A DNA stretch of 64,000 bases from an uncultured cyanobacterium (GCA_963803805.1 CAWDOD010000002.1:480001-544000), one strand, 5' to 3'. Positions 30,256 through 41,984 are shown, numbered from the stretch's first letter. Made by a program: numbers and translations. The notes: generated by a model from the letters alone, not told the origin.

Positions 30256-32839
30256 ATGACCAACAGAGATAGTCTTTATAGAATAGAACAGGAGACACTT
30301 GTGAATCAAAAAACCAACCTCGTAAAACCCATCAATATTCAAGTAGAAGATGACCGCACAGGCATGAGTATTGAAACTCTGAAGCGGGCTTTTGCTGATA
30401 ATCTTTTTTATATTCAAGGCAAACATGAATCCTTAGCTACTGTCAAAGACTTCTACATGGCTTTGGCTTATACTGTCCGAGATAGACTATTACAACGTTG
30501 GTTAAAAACCTCCAAAACCTATTCTGACCGAGATGCCAAGACAGTTTGTTACCTATCAGCAGAATTTTTGATGGGTCGTCATCTCGGTAACAACCTCATT
30601 AACATGGGGCTTTATGAAAAAATGCAGCAGGTTGTCGAAGAATCAGGGTTGGATCTAGAAGATTTGATGGAACAAGAAGTAGATCCTGGTTTAGGTAATG
30701 GCGGCTTAGGAAGGCTAGCAGCTTGTTTCCTCGATTCTTTGGCTGCTTTGGAAATTCCTGCCATTGGTTATGGCATTCGCTACGAGTTTGGTATCTTTCA
30801 CCAAATTATTCAAGATGGTTGGCAAGTAGAAATTCCTGATAAATGGTTGCGTTTTACCAACCCTTGGGAAATTGCCCGTCCTGAAGATACCGTAGAGGTT
30901 CAATTTGGTGGCTACACAGAAACCTACTGTTCTAAAAAAGGACATTATCGTGTATCTTGGGTTCCTGAACGGACAGTTATAGCTGTCCCTTATGATACTC
31001 CTGTACCTGGTTACAACACCAATACTGTCAATCCCCTCCGGCTTTGGAAAGCAGAAGCTAGTGACGAATTTAACTTCGATGCTTTCAATGCCGGTAACTA
31101 TGACCACGCTGTTTCCGATAAGATGACCTCAGAGACAATCTCTAAAGTCCTTTATCCTAACGACAACACTCCCCAAGGACGGCAGTTACGTTTAGAACAA
31201 CAATTCTTCTTCGTCTCCGCCTCCTTACAGGATATTATTCGTAATCACCTACGCCATAACAACAACTTACATAACCTCCACGAAAGAGTTGCTATTCAAT
31301 TAAACGATACTCACCCAGCAGTCAGTATTGCTGAATTGATGCGTTTACTAATAGATGTACATGAGTTGCATTGGGATACAGCTTGGGAAATTACCCAACA
31401 AACTTTTGCCTATACTAACCATACTCTCCTCCCTGAAGCCCTGGAGCGCTGGCCTGTCAGCTTGTTTGAAAGCTTGTTGCCCAGGCATTTAGAAATTATT
31501 TATGAAATAAATCATCGCTTCATGGAAGATATCCACACTTGGTATCCTGGAGATGATGCACGGGCAAGCCGACTCTCAATTATTGAAGAGTCAGGGGGGA
31601 AATCCATCCGTATGGCTAACTTAGCTTGTGTGGGCAGCCACGCCGTTAATGGAGTTGCAGCACTTCATACCAAATTGCTGAAGCAAGATACCTTAAGAGA
31701 TTTTGCTGGAACTATGGCCAGAAAAATTCTTCAACATGACCAATGGTGTTACTCCCCGTCGTTGGATATTGTTAAGTAACCCTAAACTAGCGACCTTAAT
31801 TACGGAAAAAATTGGTGATGGTTGGCTAACTAATTTAGATAAACTCGAAAAATTAGCAGCCTTTATTGATGATGCTGAATTTTGTGAGCGCTGGCGAGAA
31901 ATTAAGCTAGAAAATAAGCGCAAGCTAGCTAGTTACATTTGGAAACAAAAAGGTCTGCGGGTAGATCCTGATTCCATCTTTGATGTCTTAGTTAAGCGCC
32001 TCCACGAATATAAGCGCCAACTTCTTGATGTACTGCACGTCATCACTCTCTACAACCGCATCAAGAAAAATCCCAACATTGATATTCAACCCCGAACTTT
32101 TATTTTCGGAGGCAAAGCGGCCCCCGGTTACTTCACTGCCAAACTGATTATTAAACTAATCAACTCCGTAGCAGAAGTAGTCAACAAAGATCCTGATGTC
32201 AGGGGTCGTTTAAAGGTCGTTTTTGTAGCCAATTTTAGCGTCTCCCTTGGTCAGAAAATTTATCCGGCAGCAGACCTTTCTGAGCAAATTTCCACAGCCG
32301 GTAAAGAAGCTTCTGGTACAGGTAACATGAAGTTTGCTATGAATGGCGCACTCACTATTGGTACATTAGATGGGGCGAATATCGAGATCCGGGAAGAAGC
32401 GGGTGCAGAAAACTTCTTCCTCTTTGGTTTAACGGCTGCTGAAGTACAAGAGATGAAAGCCAAAGGTTATGAACCCATGCACTACTACAGACGTAACCTT
32501 GAACTAAAAGCTGTCATTGACCGCATCTCCTCTGGCTACTTCTCCCATGGAGATACCAATCTCTTTAAGCCCCTTGTAGACTCTTTACTCTATGACGACC
32601 AATATATGCTGATGGTAGACTACCAATCTTACCTTGACTGTCAAGAACAGGTTAGTGAAGTTTATCAAGATAAAGATAAATGGACAAAGATGTCTATCCT
32701 CAACTCTGCTAACATGGGCAAATTCTCTTCTGACCGCACAATTCGAGAATATTGTCAGGATATTTGGCAAGTTAAGCCAGTGAAAATTGAGTTAGATAAG
32801 TATGTGCAGGATAATGCTGCTTTGAACGTCAATACTTAA
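30256..32839 (+). CDS. glgP: Glycogen phosphorylase, split by one extra G at about 31708
   Basis: [29 protein letters not shown] and EASGTGNMK; removing one G restores DFAELWP. Confidence 0.93.
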
Positions 32840-32867
32840 GTTTAGTGATTTCTTAAACAACTTTTTT

Positions 32868-32910
32868 GTCCCCTGAATCCCCTTCTCAAAAAGAGGCAGG
32901 GGACTTTTAT
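32868..32910 (+). terminator. Terminator-like hairpin after glgP
   Basis: GTCCCCTG...CAGGGGAC followed by TTTT. Confidence 0.55.
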
Positions 32911-33032
32911 TTTCCCTTCTTTCCTAGAAGATTAATACTAAAGAAACTTATGGTTAGGGTCGTTCTTTTTATATTTTTTGCCGAAACAGTATTCGCTTCC
33001 CGGTAAAATGGAATGCTCTTGCTAATAATCTT

Positions 33033-33827
33033 ATGTTTCTATACTTATCTAAGTTAATTCCTCTTTTTATCTACCCTTTAGGACTTGCTTGTTTATTATT
33101 ATTTATTGCTCTGATCCTAGCTTGGAAATCTACTCGCTGGGTTCCCATTCCAGTAGGTTTAGCCCTCATGATCTTATTATTATCCAGTAATGGTTGGGTC
33201 AGTAATGAAATTGTGCGATCGCTAGAATGGCAACATTTACCACCCCAAGAAGTTCCTCAAGCTGATGCCATCGTTATTTTAGGTGGTTCAACCAGACCCC
33301 AATCTCAACCCCGCGCCACAGTAGAAATTGCTGAACAAGGGGATCGTGTTATTTATGGTGGTTATTTGTACCAACAAAAAAAAGCGCCCTTAATTATTCC
33401 CGCAGGAGGGAGAATTGCTTGGAAGGGAGGAGGAGATAAATCTGAAGCAGAAGATATGGCTGCTTTATTACAATTGTTAGGCATTCCGACCGAAGATATG
33501 ATCTTAGAAGAAGAATCTTTGAACACCTACGAAAATGCAGTTAATGTGAAGAAGATTTTACAGCAAAATAAACTCAACAAAATTCTTTTAGTCACCTCTG
33601 CCCTCCATATGCCTCGGGCCATAAAAATATTTCAAAATCAAAATATTGAAGCTATTGCTGCCCCAACAGATTTTCTGGTTTCAGAACAATTATTAAAAGA
33701 ACCAAGTAGTAGCACAGAAGCAATTTTCTTGAATATTATTCCTGATGTTGACCATTTAGAATATACAACCAAAGCTATCAAAGAATATATTGGTACAATA
33801 GTTTATCGCTTAAAAGGATGGCTTTAA
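33033..33827 (+). CDS. YdcF/ElyC (DUF218) family protein
   Basis: AIVILGG, SLNTYENA, LVTSALHMPRA and KEYIG motifs. Confidence 0.9.
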   Translation: MFLYLSKLIPLFIYPLGLACLLLFIALILAWKSTRWVPIPVGLALMILLLSSNGWVSNEIVRSLEWQHLPPQEVPQADAIVILGGSTRPQSQPRATVEIAEQGDRVIYGGYLYQQKKAPLIIPAGGRIAWKGGGDKSEAEDMAALLQLLGIPTEDMILEEESLNTYENAVNVKKILQQNKLNKILLVTSALHMPRAIKIFQNQNIEAIAAPTDFLVSEQLLKEPSSSTEAIFLNIIPDVDHLEYTTKAIKEYIGTIVYRLKGWL

Positions 33828-33867
33828 AGAGATGGGGAAATGGGGAGATGGGGAGATAGAATAAATA

Positions 33868-35424
33868 ATGAGTAAATCTTCCAAGATTGGTTCTAATTAC
33901 TTAACAGAAAAGCAATTAATTCTTGGTCTATTGCTAGGTGCAATTATCCTTTACACTATCTCTGTTGGAAACTTAGCTATTAGAGACTGGGACGAGGGTT
34001 ATTATACAATTGTGGCTAGGGATATGTATCGCACAGGTAACTGGCTTTATCCCACCTATTTAGGTGATCCTTTTTTCCTCAAACCTCCTCTAATGCACTG
34101 GTTAGTAGCCTTAAGCTATTACCTGGGGGGGGTTAATGAGTTTACCTCTCGCTTACCCACTGCCTTACTCAGTGCTGGTAGTATTCCCCTGGTTTATCTC
34201 CTTGGTAAGGAAGTTTTTTCTCAACGTCTCCCTGCCCTCTTTTCTGCCTTAGTTTATCTCACCCTATTACCCGTAGTGCGTAATGGACGTTTAGCTATGT
34301 TAGATGGTATGTCCATTACCTTCTTCCTGATCGCTTTATTGTGCTTAATTAAAGCAAAAAAACAAAAAAAATGGGCCCTGGGTATTGGTATTGCTTTAGG
34401 ATTAATTGGTTTAACAAAAGGTATTTTAGTTTTATTATTAGGAGCGATCGCAGCTATATTCCTCCTAGCCAATGGTCAGTTATTAATATTAGCAAATCCT
34501 TACTTGTGGCTAGGTTTAATTGTCGGTAGCTTACCGTTATTTTCTTGGTATTTTGCCCAATGGCAACATTATGGCGACACCTTCTTACAAATTCATTTTC
34601 AGTCCCAGGGTTTTGAACGTATTAATAATGCAGTTTGGGGAAACACCGGCCCCCCCTGGTTTTATATCTTAGAACTATTAAAATACTCCTTACCCTGGCT
34701 ACTGTTCTTCCCTTCCGGTTTATATCTTGCTTGGCAAAAACGCCATGGTAGTTGGGGAAAACTAGTTTTAATTGGTTTTTGTGGCTATATGGGCATTATT
34801 TCTGTCATGGGAACCAAATTACCTTGGTATATCTTACCTGCCTATATTTTCTTCGCCTTAGCTGTAGGTTCTAGCTTAAGTAAACTTTGGCACTCCCGTC
34901 ACTACCCCCTCTGGTTAACTGTAACCCTAACTTTCCTTTCCCTTGCGGCTATAGGAGGCTTAGTTTACTTTATCTTGGCAGATCCCCAAATCCCTCTAAT
35001 TATCCTAGCCGTAGTAGTCGCTACCACCATGGCTTTAGCCGCATGGCAAGTACAAAAAAATCGTCCCACCTTCATTCCTATACTTTTTGCGGGAACTTAC
35101 CTATCTCTAGGGCTATTAATGATTTCCCAATCTTGGATTTGGGAATTAAACGAAGCCTTCCCCGTTAAACCTGTAGCTACTTTAATCAAAGAAAACACTG
35201 ATCCCCAAATACCTGTTTATATCTCCCATTACGGCAGACCAAGTTTAGAATTTTATAGCGATCGCCTAGTCATCCCCCTTACTAATCAACATCTAGAACA
35301 ACTTTGGCAAAGCAAACCTTACCTACTTCTAGATCAAAATACCCTAGAACAATTCCAGCTACCAGAAAGCCAAAGCTTAGGTACAGCCGCTGGATTTAGT
35401 CTCATTGCCCCGATGGGGAGGTAA
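33868..35424 (+). CDS. ArnT/GT39-family glycosyltransferase
   Basis: DWDEGYY, KPPL, LTKG and TKLPWY motifs; multi-TM. Confidence 0.87.
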   Translation: MSKSSKIGSNYLTEKQLILGLLLGAIILYTISVGNLAIRDWDEGYYTIVARDMYRTGNWLYPTYLGDPFFLKPPLMHWLVALSYYLGGVNEFTSRLPTALLSAGSIPLVYLLGKEVFSQRLPALFSALVYLTLLPVVRNGRLAMLDGMSITFFLIALLCLIKAKKQKKWALGIGIALGLIGLTKGILVLLLGAIAAIFLLANGQLLILANPYLWLGLIVGSLPLFSWYFAQWQHYGDTFLQIHFQSQGFERINNAVWGNTGPPWFYILELLKYSLPWLLFFPSGLYLAWQKRHGSWGKLVLIGFCGYMGIISVMGTKLPWYILPAYIFFALAVGSSLSKLWHSRHYPLWLTVTLTFLSLAAIGGLVYFILADPQIPLIILAVVVATTMALAAWQVQKNRPTFIPILFAGTYLSLGLLMISQSWIWELNEAFPVKPVATLIKENTDPQIPVYISHYGRPSLEFYSDRLVIPLTNQHLEQLWQSKPYLLLDQNTLEQFQLPESQSLGTAAGFSLIAPMGR

Positions 35425-35545
35425 GGAGATCGGGAGACGGGGAGACAGTTGTTTTTTTGAGTAGGAAATTATTCTCAACTTATTGATAATTGATCATTGA
35501 TAATTGATCATTGATAACTAACTGATAACTGATCATTGATTCTTC

Positions 35546-35866
35546 ATGTCTAACATCTACACCGTTACCATCAATCACCAAGGCCAAACCCATACTATCG
35601 AAGTTCCTGAAAGCCGGACAATTTTAGAAGTAGCTGACGAGGAAAATATTGGGTTGCCGAGTTCCTGCCATGCTGGGGTTTGTACTACCTGTGCTGCTAA
35701 AATCCTTGAAGGAGAGGTAGATCAAAGTGAGGCTATGGGAGTTTCTCCGGAACTACAAGCAGAAGGATATACCTTACTTTGCGTCGCCCATCCTCGCTCT
35801 AACCTTAAATTAGAATCAGATCAAGAAGAAGCTGTCTATCAACGCCAATTCGGTCAATCTTCCTGA
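35546..35866 (+). CDS. Plant-type [2Fe-2S] ferredoxin
   Basis: CHAGVCTTC...LLC motif. Confidence 0.92.
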   Translation: MSNIYTVTINHQGQTHTIEVPESRTILEVADEENIGLPSSCHAGVCTTCAAKILEGEVDQSEAMGVSPELQAEGYTLLCVAHPRSNLKLESDQEEAVYQRQFGQSS

Positions 35867-35884
35867 ACTAACCGTCCTAAAAAG

Positions 35885-35900
35885 GTTCGGAAAACAGCAC
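35885..35900 (+). promoter_or_regulatory. K-box upstream of dnaK
   Basis: GTTCGGAAAACAGCAC, one mismatch to the consensus GTTCGG-NNAN-CCNNAC. Confidence 0.65.
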
Positions 35901-36035
35901 TTACTCAGAACAGGCAATGGCAAGCACTATATAGGTAGTTAAATAAATTGAAGCGAGCAAACGCTGAATTATTAAACTTAACTCGGTTCGATTTTTCTTA
36001 AACCTAAATTTGTAGTTAAACTAAAACGTACTTCC

Positions 36036-37970
36036 ATGGCAAAAGTTGTTGGCATTGACTTAGGAACCACAAACTCCTGCGTAGCAGTAATGGAAGGTGG
36101 TAAACCCACCGTAATTGCTAACGCAGAAGGATTTCGTACAACACCATCTGTTGTCGCTTACGCAACCAAAAACGGCGATCGCCTAGTTGGTCAAATCGCT
36201 AAGCGTCAGGCGGTAATGAACCCACCAAATACTTTTTACTCTGTTAAACGCTTCATTGGTCGCAAGTTTAATGAAGTAACCAACGAAGCAACAGAAGTTG
36301 CTTACAAAGTTCTTCAAGATAGTAACGGTAACGTCAAGCTAGACTGTCCAGCCTTAAATAAGCAGTTTGCCCCAGAAGAAATTTCTGCTCAAGTACTACG
36401 TAAACTCGTAGAAGATGCTAGTAAATACTTAGGAGAAACTGTAACTGAAGCGGTAATCACCGTCCCTGCTTACTTTAATGACTCTCAGCGTCAAGCAACT
36501 AAAGATGCGGGGAAAGTCGCAGGTATTGAAGTTAAGCGCATCATCAACGAACCTACAGCCGCTTCCTTGGCTTATGGCTTAGACAAACAAGATAACGAAA
36601 CTATCCTTGTCTTTGACTTGGGTGGTGGAACCTTCGACGTTTCCATCCTTGAAGTAGGTGATGGGGTATTTGAAGTATTAGCTACTTCTGGTGATACTCA
36701 CCTTGGTGGTGACGACTTTGATAAGAAGATTGTCGATTATCTAGCAGCCAGTTTTAAGAGTGCAGAAGGAATTGACCTACGTAGCGATAAACAAGCCCTA
36801 CAGCGTCTTACAGAGGCTGCTGAGAAAGCTAAAATCGAGCTATCTAGCGTCACCCAAGCGGAAATCAATCTACCTTTTATTACCGCGACCCAAGATGGTC
36901 CCAAACACTTAGATACCACCATAACTAGAGCCAAATTTGAAGAAATTTGCTCTAATCTCATTGATCGTTGTCGCATTCCTGTTGAACAAGCTGTTAAGGA
37001 TGCCAAAATCGACAAAGCAGCTATCGATGAAGTTGTTATGGTCGGGGGTTCGACGAGAATTCCTGCGGTTAAAGAACTCGTTAAGCGCGTCCTTGACAAA
37101 GAACCCAACCAAGGAGTTAACCCAGATGAAGTCGTAGCTGTGGGTGCTGCTATTCAAGGCGGGGTCTTATCTGGGGAAGTTAAAGATATCCTCCTATTAG
37201 ACGTTACTCCCCTATCTTTAGGTGTAGAAACCTTGGGTGGTGTGATGACCAAAATTATTCCTCGTAACACCACTATTCCCACTAAAAAATCCGAGACTTT
37301 CTCTACTGCTGCTGACGGACAAAGCAATGTAGAAATTCAAGTCCTCCAAGGGGAAAGGGAAATGTCCAAGGATAATAAAAGCTTGGGTAATTTCCGCCTA
37401 GATGGTATTCCTCCCGCACCTCGTGGTGTACCCCAAATTGAAGTTACCTTCGATATAGATGCCAACGGTATCCTTAATGTAACGGCGAAAGATAGGGGTA
37501 CTGGCAAAGAACAGTCTATTAGTATTACTGGTGCTTCTACCCTACCAGATACCGAAGTAGATCGGATGGTCAAAGAGGCAGAAGCTAATGCTAGCGCCGA
37601 TAAAGAACGTCGCGAAAAAATTGAGCGCAAGAACCAAGCTGATTCTCTAGTTTATCAAGCTGGCAAACAAATAGAAGAGTTAGGAGATAAAGTTCCTGCT
37701 GATGATAAAACCAAAGCAGAGGGCCTAATCAAAGAACTCAGTGACGCTGTAGCTAAAGAAGATGATGAGCAAATTCAAAAGCTAACCCCAGAATTACAAC
37801 AATTGCTTTATAGCATTGGTAGTAGTGTCTATCAAGATGCTGGTGGCGGTATGCCTAACCCTGCTGATGCGGCAGGCGCAGGTACTGCCGGTGCTGGTGC
37901 TGCCCCAGGTGCTACTGATGGTGGTGAAGATGTCATTGATGCTGAATTTTCTGAAGACGACAACAAATAG
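36036..37970 (+). CDS. dnaK: Chaperone DnaK (DnaK2-type)
   Basis: [19 protein letters not shown] and C-terminal DVIDAEF. Confidence 0.98.
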   Translation: MAKVVGIDLGTTNSCVAVMEGGKPTVIANAEGFRTTPSVVAYATKNGDRLVGQIAKRQAVMNPPNTFYSVKRFIGRKFNEVTNEATEVAYKVLQDSNGNVKLDCPALNKQFAPEEISAQVLRKLVEDASKYLGETVTEAVITVPAYFNDSQRQATKDAGKVAGIEVKRIINEPTAASLAYGLDKQDNETILVFDLGGGTFDVSILEVGDGVFEVLATSGDTHLGGDDFDKKIVDYLAASFKSAEGIDLRSDKQALQRLTEAAEKAKIELSSVTQAEINLPFITATQDGPKHLDTTITRAKFEEICSNLIDRCRIPVEQAVKDAKIDKAAIDEVVMVGGSTRIPAVKELVKRVLDKEPNQGVNPDEVVAVGAAIQGGVLSGEVKDILLLDVTPLSLGVETLGGVMTKIIPRNTTIPTKKSETFSTAADGQSNVEIQVLQGEREMSKDNKSLGNFRLDGIPPAPRGVPQIEVTFDIDANGILNVTAKDRGTGKEQSISITGASTLPDTEVDRMVKEAEANASADKERREKIERKNQADSLVYQAGKQIEELGDKVPADDKTKAEGLIKELSDAVAKEDDEQIQKLTPELQQLLYSIGSSVYQDAGGGMPNPADAAGAGTAGAGAAPGATDGGEDVIDAEFSEDDNK

Positions 37971-37997
37971 TCACTCAACTGTGTAAAAAATGTGATT

Positions 37998-38032
37998 AGG
38001 TGTGTTGTGCTAAGGTGCAATACACCTTTTTT
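37998..38032 (+). terminator. Rho-independent terminator after dnaK
   Basis: AGGTGTGTTG...CAATACACCT followed by a T-run. Confidence 0.6.
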
Positions 38033-38178
38033 CAATTATGCCTACGGTAACGGCGATCTGCACAACCTAATGGCAACCCGTTTTCTAAATATTATCAACA
38101 AACCAGAGTTTAAATTGGGTCGCCCCTCTAAAGGAGATTAGTTAAAATTCAAGTTAAGAATTGGGAGTTGAGTAAATA

Positions 38179-38547
38179 ATGAATAATTTTGGTAATCTAG
38201 TTCAAAGAGCTTTTTATATGGGTGTTGGTATTGCTTCTTTAGCCGGGGAAAAAGCGAAGGAATTACGGGTTCAAGCGCAAAAACTGGCTGACGAAATGGT
38301 TGCGCGAGGGGAAATGAATGCAGAAGAAGCCCGCAAGTTTGTCGATGATGTAGTCAGAAATGCTCAAAAACCCCCAGTAGAACCATCCTCAACTCAGGCA
38401 GCCGATGATCGGGTTAGAGAACCTCGTCAGATTGAAATTGTTTCAGATGATGAAGAATCCTCTAATTCAGATACTGAAAACGTAGATAATCTAAGGGATC
38501 AGGTACAATCTCTACAAGATGAGTTACGTCGCCTTAGAAAAGAATAG
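38179..38547 (+). CDS. Phasin-like conserved cyanobacterial protein
   Basis: AFYMGVG...DEMVARGEMNAEEARKFVDD plus C-terminal coiled coil. Confidence 0.7.
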   Translation: MNNFGNLVQRAFYMGVGIASLAGEKAKELRVQAQKLADEMVARGEMNAEEARKFVDDVVRNAQKPPVEPSSTQAADDRVREPRQIEIVSDDEESSNSDTENVDNLRDQVQSLQDELRRLRKE

Positions 38548-38591
38548 TATCTTAGTTCAGCTAGGATGAAGTAGTTGGCATTTAAAAGCTT

Positions 38592-38999
38592 ATGGAAGAC
38601 TGGTCAAAAGATGCTTTGGAAATATTAGAAACGGTAACTGATGAAGTTGGCCAGTTTTTTCAGTACTTTTCTGATGAATTTGATTTAGTTGCTGATGAGT
38701 TTTATCAGGTAATTACTACAGAAATAGATATTTTTTGCCAAGAAGTATTAGAACCTCTTTTTGGCGGTGAGTTTGAGTTTGAAGAACCAGAAGAAGATCT
38801 CTACTCTTTCCATATTTATACTCCCCTGGTTAATAGATTAGAACCAACAACCAGTAGAAATCCTGCTTGTATTGGCTGTCGTCACTACCATGGTCATGTT
38901 TATAATGGCAATTTACTTGTTTGTGGAATGCACCCCTATGGTTGGGAGGAGGAAAGTTGTCCTGATTGGGAAAAGTTGAAAGACTGGGATTTGGGCTAG
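38592..38999 (+). CDS. Conserved hypothetical protein with Cys/His-rich C-terminus
   Basis: ACIGCRHYHG...LVCGMHPYG...CPDW motif. Confidence 0.7.
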   Translation: MEDWSKDALEILETVTDEVGQFFQYFSDEFDLVADEFYQVITTEIDIFCQEVLEPLFGGEFEFEEPEEDLYSFHIYTPLVNRLEPTTSRNPACIGCRHYHGHVYNGNLLVCGMHPYGWEEESCPDWEKLKDWDLG

Positions 39000-39065
39000 C
39001 TAATGCCTTTATGTATTCTAGAAGGTGGCCCCGATAGTTAAGACACTGGTTAGCAGCAGTATGGA

Positions 39066-39184
39066 TAAGCTGTCAGGCATTTAATGTACTTATTAGGTTT
39101 GATGGGGAGATAGGGAGATGGGGGGAGGGTTTTAGGGCTGATTTCCTAGTTTAGTAATACACAGTTTAAATGCACATCAGCTTA
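39066..39184. mobile_element. MITE-like element with TA-bounded terminal inverted repeats
   Basis: TAAGCTGTCAGGCATTTAA ... TTAAATGCACATCAGCTTA; solo ends at 7870 and 12119-12150. Confidence 0.65.
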
Positions 39185-39246
39185 GCACTATTAAAATCTG
39201 GGGAAGGCCTTAAACAGAGAGTTTCGCTTTGATGGGGAATTATAGA

Positions 39247-39840
39247 CTACCAATCATTTATTATTTCTTTAATAGAGTTAACTTTTTCTGTGTATTCCTG
39301 TTCTTTTAATACTGGCATCATTCCCTCTAAGGAAATTGTTTGTTGTAACTCAAACCAAGAACGACAACCACCATAAGATTGATGGAAAGGAATTATTTGT
39401 GGTTCGGGTAAACGATAAACTCGTAATAATAAAACGTGTAGAGGTTGCTTAGGTTTCCATTGACAACGTTCTTGGATAAATTGCTGATTCCAAATATGAT
39501 AGGGGAACAGCTTTTCAATGAGAGCAACTTCATGAAGGGGTAAGACATCTGTTATCTCAGCCCAGCTACGAAGATGAATAGTTTCTGGATGCCAGCCAGA
39601 AGTTACAGGAGTTACCTGGTTAGCATATTCTGCTTTAAGTAAATGGGGGTTTTGATGCTCGTAGGTGGGGTAAAGGATAACCTGATTATCAGGTACTTGA
39701 AAACTCTTATTCTGTTCACGTATGCCACCTTTACGCAGCAGCATAATTGTCTTTCCGTAGGTTAAAGCATCTACAGCAACAGCCCATTCTTTAAGAGCCT
39801 GTTTCGTGGGAGAAACTGTAGTAAGGGAGATCATTTTCAC
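39247..39840 (-). CDS. DUF1802 family protein
   Basis: ALKEWA, LLRKGGI, PTYEHQ and GGCRSW motifs. Confidence 0.88.
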   Translation of the reverse strand: MKMISLTTVSPTKQALKEWAVAVDALTYGKTIMLLRKGGIREQNKSFQVPDNQVILYPTYEHQNPHLLKAEYANQVTPVTSGWHPETIHLRSWAEITDVLPLHEVALIEKLFPYHIWNQQFIQERCQWKPKQPLHVLLLRVYRLPEPQIIPFHQSYGGCRSWFELQQTISLEGMMPVLKEQEYTEKVNSIKEIINDW

Positions 39841-39885
39841 CTCAATAACTGTAATAATTAATTAACCAACTTTAGTGCAAATTCT

Positions 39886-40485
39886 ATGGTCCGAGTTTCT
39901 CAAACTGAACTAATTGCTGGGGCGATCGCTGGTCAATTAGTCAGTTTTCCTACAGATACTCTACCAGCTTTAGGGGTAAGACCAGAGAGAGCAGAGCTAA
40001 TCTTTCAGGCTAAGCAACGTCCTCACCATAAGCCTTTAATTTTAATGGGAGCATCTTTAGAGGACTTGTTACCTTATATTGCTGGCAGTGCTTCCCAACT
40101 AAACATCTGGCAACAGGTAGCAAAAAAATATTGGCCAGGGGCCCTTACGTTAGTTTTACCAGCTTCTGAAGCTGTACCCCCAGCTATGAACCCTCAAGAT
40201 CATACTACCATCGGCATCAGAGTTCCTAATCAACCCTTTGCTCAAGAAATCCTCGCTGCCACAGCCCCCCTAGCTACCACCAGCGCAAATTTATCAGGAC
40301 AACCGGCCTTAACCACTATAGATGCAGTTGAAGCTACTTTCCCAGAAGTGCTAACTTGGGAATACCCTGATCTCAAAAACCATACCAATCTTATCAGTGG
40401 TGTGCCTTCCACAGTGGCAAAATGGACAGAAGGAGGTTGGAAAATTTTACGTCAAGGAGCTGTCGAGCTTGAATTGACTAATTAA
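39886..40485 (+). CDS. tsaC: L-threonylcarbamoyladenylate synthase (TsaC/Sua5/YrdC)
   Basis: FPTDT, KQRP..KPL, WPGALT and TTSANLSG motifs. Confidence 0.88.
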   Translation: MVRVSQTELIAGAIAGQLVSFPTDTLPALGVRPERAELIFQAKQRPHHKPLILMGASLEDLLPYIAGSASQLNIWQQVAKKYWPGALTLVLPASEAVPPAMNPQDHTTIGIRVPNQPFAQEILAATAPLATTSANLSGQPALTTIDAVEATFPEVLTWEYPDLKNHTNLISGVPSTVAKWTEGGWKILRQGAVELELTN

Positions 40486-40500
40486 GCCCTCGTTATACCA

Positions 40501-41526
40501 TTGATCATTTATCATCAAACATCTTTTAAACATATGCAAGAAATTAGTTGGGTATATCTATTAGTGGGATTAGGATTAGGGATTATTGGCACTCGCTTAA
40601 CAAGTAGAGCCAAACCAGCAAAAAACCCAACTGAAAGTGCAAAGCCAGATCAAGAAGTAGTTATTTCTCAACTAACTGAGCAAACTAAAAACCTGCAACA
40701 ACAGCTTCAACAAACTCAACTAGCCTATCAAATGGCTACCCAGATGAGTTCCTTTAAAGGCGGTTTTTTGGCGCGAACTTCCCACGAATTAAGATCCCCT
40801 CTAAATAGTTTGATTGGTTTGCACCAGCTAATTTTGTCAGGGCTATGTGATAGCCCTGAAGAAGAACGAGAATTTATTGAACAAGCTCACAAATCTGCCC
40901 TGAAGCTGATTAAATTAATTGATGAAATTATTTATGTTTCTAAAGTAGAACATGGTACAAGTCGTTTAGAGATACGTCCTGTAGATTTATCTATACTTCT
41001 AGATAGTCTCACTCATCTTAACCATCTCCAAGCAGCTAATAGCAATGTTAGACTAGGGGTGATTGTTCCTGAATCAGAAGTTTATGTTTTAGCCGACTCT
41101 CAATGTTTACTGCAAATCTTAACGCTTTTGGTTGATACTTCTATTGCTTTTATGGATTCAGGTACAATTTCAGTCTCTGTTTCTCCCCAAAAAGAAGAGT
41201 TTGCAGAAATACTATTGGAGATAGATTCAGAAGAAAATATTTGGTACGAACCTACCAATTTATTAGAGCAGATACCAGAACCAACTGCTGAAATGGCTCG
41301 TTCTTCTTACCAAGAAGCAGCAACAACTCCAGGAATGAAGTTGTTGATAGCTCAAACTTTATTAGAAGCAATGGGAGGTAAATTAAATATCACTATACCC
41401 CCCCAACAAGAAAACTCAAGTTCAACAGTTACACAGCTACAGTGCTTGATTTCTCTCGCTTCTGCTGAAGGTGTAAATCTTGAGTTGGCAGAGGTGGAGT
41501 TGAGCAAGAGTTATAGAGGACCATAG
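40501..41526 (+). CDS. Histidine-kinase-like protein with a degenerate ATPase domain
   Basis: H-box SHELRSPL present; N and G boxes not recognisable. Confidence 0.75.
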   Translation: MIIYHQTSFKHMQEISWVYLLVGLGLGIIGTRLTSRAKPAKNPTESAKPDQEVVISQLTEQTKNLQQQLQQTQLAYQMATQMSSFKGGFLARTSHELRSPLNSLIGLHQLILSGLCDSPEEEREFIEQAHKSALKLIKLIDEIIYVSKVEHGTSRLEIRPVDLSILLDSLTHLNHLQAANSNVRLGVIVPESEVYVLADSQCLLQILTLLVDTSIAFMDSGTISVSVSPQKEEFAEILLEIDSEENIWYEPTNLLEQIPEPTAEMARSSYQEAATTPGMKLLIAQTLLEAMGGKLNITIPPQQENSSSTVTQLQCLISLASAEGVNLELAEVELSKSYRGP

Positions 41527-41929
41527 TAGAAGTATTGTTTTCTTCAAAGCCGATATGTTCGTAGAATTTCTGCTGATGAGTTGTCATTAGGTAAACTCGT
41601 TCAACTCTACTGACATGAGGATGGCTTAATACTGTTTCTACTAGTTTTCCTCCCAAACCAAGACCGCGATATTCTGGATGAATGACTACATCCCAAATAG
41701 TGGCGCGGTAAATTCCATCGGAAGTAGCCCTAGCAAAGCCAACTAAACGTTCTCGATCCCAAACGCTAATAACTGGTTCACTATTGGCAATGGCAATTTC
41801 TAAATCCTCTCTAGTACGTTCTTTGGCCCAAAATGCACCAAGTTTAAATAGAGAAAGTAGTTGCTGAAAATCTATTTTTGACTTGCGATCGCAGAATCGG
41901 ATCTGACGACAATCCATCTTTAAACACAT
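41429..41929 (-). CDS. GNAT-family N-acetyltransferase
   Basis: VGFARA, DVVIHPEYRGLGLG and FYEHIGF motifs. Confidence 0.88.
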   Translation of the reverse strand: MCLKMDCRQIRFCDRKSKIDFQQLLSLFKLGAFWAKERTREDLEIAIANSEPVISVWDRERLVGFARATSDGIYRATIWDVVIHPEYRGLGLGGKLVETVLSHPHVSRVERVYLMTTHQQKFYEHIGFEENNTSTMVLYNSCSTPPLPTQDLHLQQKREKSSTVAV

Positions 41930-41968
41930 CCTGATCTTCTAGTTTTTTCGGACTCAGCCAGATTAAAT

Positions 41969-41984
41969 TGTAACTATATTTACA
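41969..41984. promoter_or_regulatory. Possible NtcA site TGTA-N8-TACA
   Basis: TGTAACTATATTTACA upstream of the GNAT gene. Confidence 0.4.

Noticed and set aside
31693-31779. glgP split as programmed frameshifting or two genes
   Set aside because: No slippery site or stimulator is visible; a single extra G explains it, and similar indels occur elsewhere in the window.
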